A stretch of DNA of 64,000 nucleotides from Alistipes sp. (lineage in GTDB: Bacteria > Bacteroidota > Bacteroidia > Bacteroidales > Rikenellaceae). The DNA is taken from positions 2,954-66,953 of the forward strand of contig JAFVWO010000102.1 of NCBI GenBank assembly GCA_017501625.1, read 5' to 3'. Below are positions 28,465-37,270 of the stretch, piece after piece. A program made the position numbers and the translations under genes. The notes beneath the pieces were generated by a model. That model searched no databases. It was not told where the DNA came from and saw only the letters and a list, made by a program, of their open reading frames with translations. Each line of letters opens with the position of its first letter. Positions within the stretch are counted from its first letter, which is position 1.

Positions 28465-31449
28465 ATGAAAGGAGTATACCGATATATCGCAACAATTTTG
28501 TTTTTAGCCTTGATAGGCACAACAGTAGCGACATCGCAGACGCTGCCAAAGGACGTGAGCGACTCGATATGTGCCGCCATCAGGCGCATAACGCTCCCCG
28601 AGGTTGCAGGCAGCTACGTCAAAGTCGAGAGTGTACGTCTGCGCGAGCGCGGCGATAGTCGCGTAGTCGAGGTATCCACATCCCAAGAGATGGAGTACTA
28701 CCCCATGCGTAGCGAGAGCATCGAGCGCATATACGACGAGGTGCGCCGAGTGCTACCCAAGAGATACAGGGATTACACCCTGCTCATATACTCTCGTGGG
28801 CGCCTCATCGACGAGCTTGTGCCACAATACTACTTCGCGCCACACGATGCCAAGCGTTTCACCCACAAGGTGGCAGCACCGCTTATATCTCGCACAAGCA
28901 ACATATCGCAACCTACGAAGGGTCTTACAAACAGACATATAGCACTATGGCAGAGCCACGGGCGCTACTTCAACAACAACACGGGCGAGTGGTCGTGGCA
29001 GCGCTCGCGCCTATGGGAGACTGTCGAGGATTTATACACTCAGAGCTACGTGCTACCCTTCCTTGTCCCCATGCTCGAGCGTGCAGGGGCTACGGTGCTA
29101 CTCCCGCGCGAGCGCTCGACATCGCGCCATGAGGTTATCATCGACAACGACGAGGGCATAGATGACTCACGCTACACCGAGCACGGCAAATGGCAGGAGG
29201 CGGGCGTAGGCTTCGCACATCTCCACGACAGCTACCCCTCGGGGCATAACCCCTTTGAGGATGGTACGGCACGCATGATGCAGACCACAGCAAGCAAGGC
29301 CAAGGATGCCTCAGCCGTATGGGGAGGAACGATACCCGAGGCGGGAATATATACCGTATACGTTTCGTATATCACACACAAAGAGTCTGTTACCGATGCT
29401 CACTACACGGTGCATGCCACGGGTGGCGAGCGCGAATTTCGCGTAAACCAGCAGATGGGAGGCTCGATGTGGGTGGCTCTCGGTGACTTCTACTTCGCGG
29501 CAGGCAAACACGATGCTCTTGTGACACTCTCGAACACCTCCGCACATAAGGGTGTTGTTACGGCCGATGCTGTGAAGATTGGTGGCGGCATGGGCAACAT
29601 ACGTCGCAGTGTAGACCCCACACTACGCAAGGAGGGCATAGAGTACACCGAGGAGACGAGTAACTACCCGCGCTTCACCGAGGGTGCACGCTACTGGTTG
29701 CAGTGGTCGGGATTTACGACAGATGTATACGCCCCGAAGGAGGGCAGGGACGACTACCGCGATGACTACATGTCGCGAGCACATTGGGTAAACAACCTGA
29801 TGGATAAGAGCAGTAAACGGAACAAACGAAGGGGTGTGAATGGCAAGAATATACCCATCGATCTCGCCTTCGCCTTCCACTCCGACGCGGGCGTGCGCCT
29901 CAACGACGACATCATCGGCACGCTCGGCATATACTGCACGAAGGAGAATGGTGGTGAGTTTCATGACGACATATCGCGCCTACGCTCTCGCGACCTCACC
30001 GACATTGTGATGTCGCAGATTGTCAACGACATACGTCTAAAGTACGAGCCCCAATGGACACGTCGCGGCATGTGGGACAGAGCCTACTACGAAGCACGCA
30101 TGCCCAAGTGCCCCACGATGTTGCTTGAGCTCCTCTCACACCAGAACTTCGCCGACATGCGCTATGGACACGACCCCTCGTTCCGCTTCGATATTAGCCG
30201 TGCTATATATAAGGGTATGCTACGCTACCTATCGAGCCAATACGCTGTTCCCTATGTTGTGCAGCCACTGCCGGTGAACAGCTTCGCGGCACTCCTGCGA
30301 GGCAACGAGGCGCACCTGAGCTGGGCGCCAACGACAGATGCTCTTGAGCCCACAGCCTCACCCGACTATTACATATTATACACGCGCATAGAGGATGGCG
30401 GCTTTGACAATGGCCGACGCATAGACGGCACGACGACAACCGTTAAGATTGATGCCGGCAAGCTATACAGCTTCCGCATTACGGCCGTAAACGAGGGTGG
30501 CGAAAGCTTCGACTCCGAGACCCTTACTGTAGCACGCGCCAAGCGCTCCAAGGGCGACATCCTCGTCATCAACGGCTTCGACCGCGTGGCAGCACCCCTA
30601 AGCGTACAGGGCGACTCTATTGCCGGCTCCTACAACCGCTACGACAGTGGCGCGGCATACATCAACGACATATCGTTCATCGGGGAGCAGACCATATTCG
30701 ACCGTAGCCTCTCACGCTCCGAGAACGACAACTACGCCCTCGGCACGTCATACAACGACTACGAACAGGAGGTAATCGCCGGAAATACGTTTGACTACCC
30801 TGCACTCCATGGTCGTGCTATCGTCGAGGCGGGATACTCCTTCTGCTCGTCGTCGCACAGGGCCGTAGCACATGGCAGCGTGGCGCTCGACGAGTACGAT
30901 GTCGTAGACCTTATCCTTGGCAAGCAGCGCACAACGAGCATAGGTCGCGGCACATCGGGCTACCACTTCGAGGCCATGAGTCATGAGCTTCAGCAGGTAC
31001 TCCGCAACTATGCCGAGCGTGGAGGAGCACTACTTGTTTCGGGAAGTTATCTCCTCACCGACCTGTGGCATGCGCCCACAGCCACGGCCGACGACCGTGC
31101 ATTTGCCGAGGAGGTTCTACACGTGCGTTTTGGAGGTAATATGGCTACGCGCCGTGGCGATGTATATGCTCCGGCATCGAGATTTTCGCGCAAGAATCTC
31201 ACGCTGCAATTCAACACCGAACTATCGGAGGATATATACGCTGTAGAGTCGCCCGAGGTGGTAACGCCAGTAGGTAGCGATGCCTTCGTTGCGCTACGCT
31301 ACAGGGCAAATGCCCAGTCCGCAGCCGTAGCCTCCGCAGGCACGCAGCCCACACTCGTCGTAGGCTTCCCGATAGAGACAATAAGAGATGAGAACGAGCG
31401 CAACAAGCTGATGAGCATAGCGCTTAAGTTCCTAACAGAGAGCAAATAA
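28465..31449 (+). CDS. Secreted multidomain protein: Amidase_3-like fold, golvesin/Xly-type insert and FN3 (often labelled 'xanthan lyase' in Bacteroidales)
   Basis: Signal peptide; HIALWQSHG, FHSDAG, LLELLSHQN motifs; FRVNQQMGG...TADAVKIGGG; YSFRITAVNEGGESFDSE. Confidence 0.75.
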   Translation: MKGVYRYIATILFLALIGTTVATSQTLPKDVSDSICAAIRRITLPEVAGSYVKVESVRLRERGDSRVVEVSTSQEMEYYPMRSESIERIYDEVRRVLPKRYRDYTLLIYSRGRLIDELVPQYYFAPHDAKRFTHKVAAPLISRTSNISQPTKGLTNRHIALWQSHGRYFNNNTGEWSWQRSRLWETVEDLYTQSYVLPFLVPMLERAGATVLLPRERSTSRHEVIIDNDEGIDDSRYTEHGKWQEAGVGFAHLHDSYPSGHNPFEDGTARMMQTTASKAKDASAVWGGTIPEAGIYTVYVSYITHKESVTDAHYTVHATGGEREFRVNQQMGGSMWVALGDFYFAAGKHDALVTLSNTSAHKGVVTADAVKIGGGMGNIRRSVDPTLRKEGIEYTEETSNYPRFTEGARYWLQWSGFTTDVYAPKEGRDDYRDDYMSRAHWVNNLMDKSSKRNKRRGVNGKNIPIDLAFAFHSDAGVRLNDDIIGTLGIYCTKENGGEFHDDISRLRSRDLTDIVMSQIVNDIRLKYEPQWTRRGMWDRAYYEARMPKCPTMLLELLSHQNFADMRYGHDPSFRFDISRAIYKGMLRYLSSQYAVPYVVQPLPVNSFAALLRGNEAHLSWAPTTDALEPTASPDYYILYTRIEDGGFDNGRRIDGTTTTVKIDAGKLYSFRITAVNEGGESFDSETLTVARAKRSKGDILVINGFDRVAAPLSVQGDSIAGSYNRYDSGAAYINDISFIGEQTIFDRSLSRSENDNYALGTSYNDYEQEVIAGNTFDYPALHGRAIVEAGYSFCSSSHRAVAHGSVALDEYDVVDLILGKQRTTSIGRGTSGYHFEAMSHELQQVLRNYAERGGALLVSGSYLLTDLWHAPTATADDRAFAEEVLHVRFGGNMATRRGDVYAPASRFSRKNLTLQFNTELSEDIYAVESPEVVTPVGSDAFVALRYRANAQSAAVASAGTQPTLVVGFPIETIRDENERNKLMSIALKFLTESK

Positions 31450-31458
31450 CCCCTTAAT

Positions 31459-32349
31459 ATGGCACTTTCAAGACATACTGTAAAGACAATATCCATGCCC
31501 CTTGCTATGGTTGTGGGGGCACTCCTCTGCCGCCCCTTGGCACATGTCGAGGCGGCCACCAACTTTATGCTTACGCCGCTGCTTATCGGTGCGATGCTCT
31601 TTATCACCTTCTGCCGCGTAGATGTGCGTAAGATGCGCCTAAGCCTCATCCACCTATGGATGCTCCTTGTGCAGTTTCTCGGCTCGATTGCCGTATACCA
31701 CCTCGTAGAGCCCCTATTAGGCAATACGGTAGCTCAGGGTGCCATGATATGCGTACTTGCACCCATAGCCATGGCCGCAGTTGTCATTGGCGGCATGCTC
31801 GGCGCTAACGTGACGACGATGGTGACATACAGCCTCGTGTGTAACATTGCCACAGCCATCGTTGCACCCATAATACTCCACGCCTATGGCAACGGCACAT
31901 GCACGTTTATCGACATTATCGGCCGCGTGGCACCTACGCTCATCGCACCCTTTGTCGTGGCGCAACTCCTCAGATGGCTCACACCGCGCATTGCCGAGTG
32001 GTTTGCCTCGCACTCGTCACTATCGTTCTATATATGGCTTGTGTCGCTTATCTTGGTACTCGGACGTACCACAGCCTTTATTCTCGACACCGCGGCCGAT
32101 CCATTTGTCGAGGTGGAGCTCGCTGTCGTCGCCCTCGTGCTATGCCTCACGCAATTTACTGTCGGCCGCCTCTTGGGCACCCTTTCTGGCGACACCATCG
32201 CCGGAGGTCAATCTGTAGGACAGAAGAATACCATCCTTGCAGTGTGGATGTCGCTCAACTTCCTCGACCCCGTCGCCTCAGTAGCACCCACAGCATATAT
32301 CGTATGGCAAAACTTCGTCAATAGCTACCAAATATACCGCAAAAAGTAG
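31459..32349 (+). CDS. Bile acid:sodium symporter (SLC10/BASS-like) family transporter
   Basis: About 9 TM segments; MLFITFC, ICVLAP.A.AAVVI..MLG, GQSVGQKNTILAVW, YIVWQNFVNSYQ. Confidence 0.75.
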   Translation: MALSRHTVKTISMPLAMVVGALLCRPLAHVEAATNFMLTPLLIGAMLFITFCRVDVRKMRLSLIHLWMLLVQFLGSIAVYHLVEPLLGNTVAQGAMICVLAPIAMAAVVIGGMLGANVTTMVTYSLVCNIATAIVAPIILHAYGNGTCTFIDIIGRVAPTLIAPFVVAQLLRWLTPRIAEWFASHSSLSFYIWLVSLILVLGRTTAFILDTAADPFVEVELAVVALVLCLTQFTVGRLLGTLSGDTIAGGQSVGQKNTILAVWMSLNFLDPVASVAPTAYIVWQNFVNSYQIYRKK

Positions 32350-32367
32350 CGACCAAGAGGATTTATT

Positions 32368-32405
32368 CCATTCCATTCACTCATCCCGCCATTCCATTCA
32401 CTCAT
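32368..32405 (+). repeat. 17-bp direct repeat ccattccattcactcat x2, 21-bp period
   Basis: Copies at 32368-32384 and 32389-32405. Confidence 0.9.
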
Positions 32406-32444
32406 TAGGCGGGGCATGACAAGCGTATTACAAAAAAACTACAA

Positions 32445-32607
32445 CGGGGATGACTAAAAGTAAATTTGTCATCCCCGTCTTGTTAAGAGGCTGAATAAAA
32501 AGATGTAGTTTTAGGCCTGCGAAGCCCGAAAAAGCGGAGTTTACTTGGCGTAAATGAGCATTTTGAGGGCAAGCGTAACGCAGAAATACACTTTTTATTC
32601 AGCCTCT
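32445..32607. mobile_element. MITE-like element A (32486-32607, 122 bp) plus attached hairpin, copy 2
   Basis: Perfect 17-bp TIRs agaggctgaataaaaag / ctttttattcagcctct; near-identical to 11333-11496. Confidence 0.85.
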
Positions 32608-32623
32608 AGTTTGTTAGATGTTG

Positions 32624-34489
32624 CTATCGAGAAAACTCCACGATAAGCACCGACATCGGCTCTACGCGCTTACCCTGCATCACAACCTCCTCGCCCGTAA
32701 TAACATCGCGACCCGAGGTTAGGCCTGCCGAGAGCTCGGCATAACGCTCCCAAGGTATTGTGCGCTCCTGCTCGGTGTTGTTGACATATACAAATACGAC
32801 ATCCGTATCATTGTAACGGAAGTAGGCATAGGTATTGTCGCGGTCGATGAAGTGAAGGGTCTTACCCGTATGTATCACCTCCTTTGACTTACGCCAATTC
32901 ATAATCCTATGTGTATAGTCGAAGACATCCTTCTCTACGCCCTCGTGCTGGCTGCGGTCAAAGAGATTCCTCGTGTCGCCCTCCCAGCCACCGGGGAAGT
33001 CTACACGGAGTGTAGGATGACCCTTTGAGCGATCCGTAGAGCGGAACATAAGCTCGTCGCCATACAACATCTGCGGCATACCGCGAAGCGTAGCCATAAG
33101 TGCCGTAACAATCTTCATGCGACGGGGGTCGCCATCGCACACATCGCCAATACGATCAGTGTCGTGGTTGCCCGCCATAATCATCATATTGCTGAGGTCG
33201 TGGTATACGAAGTCGTGCGACAATACGTCGTACACACGTGTCATACCCATACCCCAACCACCGCGATTGTCGTACTCCGTCATCGCAGCACGTATAGCAT
33301 CATGCAACGGGAAGTCCATGATAGACTTAAGGTTGGAGTCAAAGCCATCCTTATTGGCGTTACCACCCTGCCAGTATGCCAACTGCGGGATGGATGATGT
33401 CCACACCTCACCCACAATATTGAAGTTGGGATACTCCTCCATAACGGCCTTACACCATTGGCTCATGGGCATCTTCTCGTTATAGGGGTACGTATCCACG
33501 CGGAAACCATCCAAATCGGCATACTCCACCCACCATACAGCCCACTGCTTGAAGTAGTTGAGGAGATACTCGTTATCGAGGTTCATATCGGCCATCGTGC
33601 GATCAAACCAGCCGCTCTCCATCTGATACAAGTCCGACTTCGAGGCATTGAAGTCCATGTTTGTCGAGAATGTCCAGTTCGACTGCGTATAGCTATCCCA
33701 CTGGTGCACCCAATCAGCAAAGGGGAGGTCGGCATACCACCAGTGCGACGTAGAGCTATGGTTGGGAACTATATCCATAATAACCTTGAGGTCGCGCTTG
33801 TGGCACTCCTCGACGTATCTCTTAAAGAGCTCGTTTGAGCCATAGCGAGGGTCGATGAGGTAGTAGTTGCTGCACGAGTAGCCGTGGTACGATGCGCCAT
33901 TTTCATCATCCAACAATAGCGGCGTAGACCAGATGGCCGTAGCACCAAGGTCGGCGATATAGTCGAGATGGTCAATCATACCCTGAATGTCACCACCATG
34001 GCGACGGCCGGGGTTGCTACGGTTGGCCTTCTCAACGGTATCGTCCGTAGAGTCATTCTTTGCATCACCATTTGCAAAGCGGTCGGGCATGATGAGATAT
34101 ACGAAGTCGGCCGTGGTGAAGCTCTCACGCTCGCGCGAGTCCTCACGACGCTCGGCGATAGTATACGTGTAGTCGTACTTATGCTTGCCGAGAGTGAAAC
34201 GTAGCGTGTAGTCACCAGCCTTCGCATCGTCGCTGATAGCCACATCCACGAAGATGTAGTTGGGGCTTTCGGCCTTATGCACGCCCTTAAGCTCAACACC
34301 TTGACCCGCAGGTAGAATCTCGATAGCATAGTCCGCAACACCCTCAGCATTAATCATAAGCTGCAAGGGTGTATTCATGCCCACCCACCACGACAGAGGC
34401 TCGACATGTTTAACTTCAAACTTGGGCTTCGCTGCCAAGGCCGAGGTAGCCACGGCAAGAAGCATAACGAGGGTTAATACTCTTTTCAT
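32624..34489 (-). CDS. GH13 neopullulanase/cyclomaltodextrinase-like enzyme (SusA-like, periplasmic)
   Basis: Signal peptide; VEPLSWWVGM N-domain; YLIMPDRFANGD, MDIVPNH, GFRVDTYPY, VGEVW, NHDTDR. Confidence 0.9.
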   Translation of the reverse strand: MKRVLTLVMLLAVATSALAAKPKFEVKHVEPLSWWVGMNTPLQLMINAEGVADYAIEILPAGQGVELKGVHKAESPNYIFVDVAISDDAKAGDYTLRFTLGKHKYDYTYTIAERREDSRERESFTTADFVYLIMPDRFANGDAKNDSTDDTVEKANRSNPGRRHGGDIQGMIDHLDYIADLGATAIWSTPLLLDDENGASYHGYSCSNYYLIDPRYGSNELFKRYVEECHKRDLKVIMDIVPNHSSTSHWWYADLPFADWVHQWDSYTQSNWTFSTNMDFNASKSDLYQMESGWFDRTMADMNLDNEYLLNYFKQWAVWWVEYADLDGFRVDTYPYNEKMPMSQWCKAVMEEYPNFNIVGEVWTSSIPQLAYWQGGNANKDGFDSNLKSIMDFPLHDAIRAAMTEYDNRGGWGMGMTRVYDVLSHDFVYHDLSNMMIMAGNHDTDRIGDVCDGDPRRMKIVTALMATLRGMPQMLYGDELMFRSTDRSKGHPTLRVDFPGGWEGDTRNLFDRSQHEGVEKDVFDYTHRIMNWRKSKEVIHTGKTLHFIDRDNTYAYFRYNDTDVVFVYVNNTEQERTIPWERYAELSAGLTSGRDVITGEEVVMQGKRVEPMSVLIVEFSR

Positions 34490-34496
34490 ATATACT

Positions 34497-35783
34497 CTAT
34501 TTTACTAATATACGATAGTGCCACGGTGCGATATCACACTCCACGTGCTCGTCGAGGATGAAGCGCTCACCGGTCATAGCATCACGATAGGCTCCGGCAT
34601 ATATTCCCGTGTTAAAGTCGGCATGTATGGTATAGGGCGAGAGGTTCATGATGGCAACAACACGGCTACCCTCGACCTCACGCACGAAGGTCATCATGCA
34701 ATCCTTAGCGTTATTCTCTATCTCTATCATCTCGCCACCACGCTCACCGGCATACAAAGCACGCTCGCGATGCTTAAGCGCCGTAAGACGACGATAGAGC
34801 TCCGTGGTGCGGTTCTCACGATACGCCTCCACCGGTATCGGGTCGCGCTCGAAGAAGGCGAAAGAGTGGTCGTAGCCCACCTCCTCACCTGTATATATAA
34901 GGGGCATCGTCGAGGGCATAAGGAAGGTCATTGCACGCATAACCTCCAATGCAGCACCAAAGCGCGACTGCTCCGAGCCACTCCACGAGTTCTCATCGTG
35001 GTTCGACGTGAAGCTCATGCGAAGAGCCTCGTGCGGATATTTAGCCCTCTCCGAATGTATGGCATTGCGCATATCCCACACCCTGCGCGCACCCTTAGCG
35101 ATGTCGCACATTATATGGTGGATGTTCCACTGATAGCTCATATTGAATGCTCCGTCGAAGAGGTTATCCTCCTCAGCCTCGGCAAGCATGAAGATATCGG
35201 GATTTACGGCATGAAGCTCGGCAGAGGCCTCCTGCCAAAACTCAATAGGCACAAGCATGGCCATGTCGGCACGGAAGCCATCGACACCAAACTCCTCAAC
35301 CCAATAGCGCATAGCCTCAATCTCACCACGCCAAACATCATGGTTGGCATAGTTTAGCTTTGCGGTATCTGTCCAATCCCATGGCACCTTTGCCACACCC
35401 TCGCTATCACGCTCATACCACTCTGCCGGACGCTCCGTAATCCAGCGGGCATCACGTGCCGTATGGTTTGCGACCCAGTCCAAGAGCACCTTCATGCCGA
35501 GCGAGTGAGCGACATATATAAACGCCCTTAAGTCAGCCTCTGTGCCAAACTCCTCGTTCACAGCCTTATAGTCGCGAATTGAGTAGTACGAGCCCAACGT
35601 ACCCTTACGTCCCTCAATACCGATAGGATATATCGGCATCAGCCAGATGGCATCAATGCCTATCGAGCGCAAAAAAGGGAGGCGCTCGATGGCCGCATTG
35701 AACGTACCCTCTGGCGTAAACTGCCTGACGTTAAGCTCATAGAGCACAGCAGAGTAGCTCCACTCGGGAGTTTTGTACATCAT
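34497..35783 (-). CDS. GH13 alpha-amylase family enzyme, no signal peptide
   Basis: YELNVRQFT, LDWVANHT, GFRADMA, LAEAE, SNHDENSW. Confidence 0.92.
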   Translation of the reverse strand: MMYKTPEWSYSAVLYELNVRQFTPEGTFNAAIERLPFLRSIGIDAIWLMPIYPIGIEGRKGTLGSYYSIRDYKAVNEEFGTEADLRAFIYVAHSLGMKVLLDWVANHTARDARWITERPAEWYERDSEGVAKVPWDWTDTAKLNYANHDVWRGEIEAMRYWVEEFGVDGFRADMAMLVPIEFWQEASAELHAVNPDIFMLAEAEEDNLFDGAFNMSYQWNIHHIMCDIAKGARRVWDMRNAIHSERAKYPHEALRMSFTSNHDENSWSGSEQSRFGAALEVMRAMTFLMPSTMPLIYTGEEVGYDHSFAFFERDPIPVEAYRENRTTELYRRLTALKHRERALYAGERGGEMIEIENNAKDCMMTFVREVEGSRVVAIMNLSPYTIHADFNTGIYAGAYRDAMTGERFILDEHVECDIAPWHYRILVK

Positions 35784-35803
35784 AGGTCACAAGAGAGAAA
35801 GAG

Positions 35804-35846
35804 AGAGCGTGAATAAAAGACGCATTACACCTTTTATTCACGCTCT
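35804..35846. terminator. 16-bp intergenic hairpin inside the PUL
   Basis: agagcgtgaataaaag - 11 nt - cttttattcacgctct. Confidence 0.65.
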
Positions 35847-35855
35847 ATGTCGATA

Positions 35856-37253
35856 TTATTTTGAAAGGAGCATATAACCCCACGCTCCAAGCTCAACAAC
35901 ATCACCTGCAGCGAAGCTCTTAGTCTGACCGCAGAGACAGTTGTACTCACCGGCCTCAGCCTCCGTGAGCGTCACGCTTGCGGGCTCTGCCGAGAAGTTA
36001 AAGAGACACAACACTGTGTTCTCCTCGTTGGCACGTGTAAATGCAAGCACGCTCTCGGGAGCACCCTCAACATAGTGCATAGGTGCTACGTTAGCGCCCG
36101 CAGCCAATGCCGAGTTATTATGACGGAAAGCACATAGACCCTTGTAGAAGTCGCGGTACTCCTTGCCATACTCCGTATCTACGAGCTCAACAACAGAGTC
36201 CTTCTCGAAAAAGGCAAGACGACGATTAAGACCTATCTCCTGACCTGTATAGATAAGCGGCTGGCTCTTAGGCAACACAAAGGTGAGCGCTGCAAAGGTC
36301 TTGTGAGCATCGCCCATACGCTCGAACTCCGTACCTGCCCATGAGTTCTCGTCGTGGTTCGATGTAAACATAAGGCGCATAGCGGGTGCAGGATACTTCT
36401 CATCGTCGCGCGCAAGGTACTCCTTAAGGTCGGCAACACTCTTTGCATCGGTCTTGATGGTGCCATCGCCCGCAACATTCTTGGTCTCGCTACCACCCTT
36501 AGCCATAGCATTGAAGATATGGTGTAGCTCCCATGCATACGTAGCCTCGAAGCCACTGTCGTGCAACCATGTCTCCTCACCCTCGGCCAAGAGATATACA
36601 TCGGGATTGATGGCGCGGACCTCTTTCCAAGCCTCAGCCCAGAAGTCACCGGGGACATTCATTGCCACATCGCAACGGTAGCCGTCGACACCCTTTTCAA
36701 CCCAGAACTTGAGAGCATCGAGCATAGCAGCACGCATATCCTCGTTCTTATAGTTGAGCTTTGCGATATCCGTCCAGTCGTACTCGACGATAGGAAGGCC
36801 TGTCTCCTCGTCCATGACATACCAGTCGGTCTTACCCTCCTTCCACCAGTCGGCATCGCGCGAGGTGTGGTTGGCAACCCAGTCGAGGATGACCTTCAAA
36901 CCGAGGTCGTGAGCCGTAGCAAGGAAGTGCTCGAAATCCTCCATAGTACCGAACTCGGGGTTAATCTCCTTATAGTCGATAATCGAGTAGTACGAACCAA
37001 GCGTACCCTTACGACCATCAATACCAATAGGGCTCACCGGCATAAGCCATACGATGTCTACGCCCATCTCCTTCAACTCCGGAAGATACTTCTCCGCAGC
37101 TGCAAAGGTACCCTCCTGTGTTGCCTGACGGATGTTCATCTCGTATACCACCGAGTTGAACTTATCGAACTCGCGGTTCTCAACCTTCTCGTTGCAGTTG
37201 CAGCAACCTACAAGCGTAGCGACAGCTACGACAAGTGCTAAAAATCTCTTCAT
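35856..37253 (-). CDS. GH13 alpha-amylase family lipoprotein (paralog of 34497-35783)
   Basis: Lipobox LVGC; YEMNIRQ, LDWVANHT, GYRCDVA, LAEGE, SNHDENSW. Confidence 0.92.
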   Translation of the reverse strand: MKRFLALVVAVATLVGCCNCNEKVENREFDKFNSVVYEMNIRQATQEGTFAAAEKYLPELKEMGVDIVWLMPVSPIGIDGRKGTLGSYYSIIDYKEINPEFGTMEDFEHFLATAHDLGLKVILDWVANHTSRDADWWKEGKTDWYVMDEETGLPIVEYDWTDIAKLNYKNEDMRAAMLDALKFWVEKGVDGYRCDVAMNVPGDFWAEAWKEVRAINPDVYLLAEGEETWLHDSGFEATYAWELHHIFNAMAKGGSETKNVAGDGTIKTDAKSVADLKEYLARDDEKYPAPAMRLMFTSNHDENSWAGTEFERMGDAHKTFAALTFVLPKSQPLIYTGQEIGLNRRLAFFEKDSVVELVDTEYGKEYRDFYKGLCAFRHNNSALAAGANVAPMHYVEGAPESVLAFTRANEENTVLCLFNFSAEPASVTLTEAEAGEYNCLCGQTKSFAAGDVVELGAWGYMLLSK

Positions 37254-37270
37254 AACAGTATAGGTTTATA

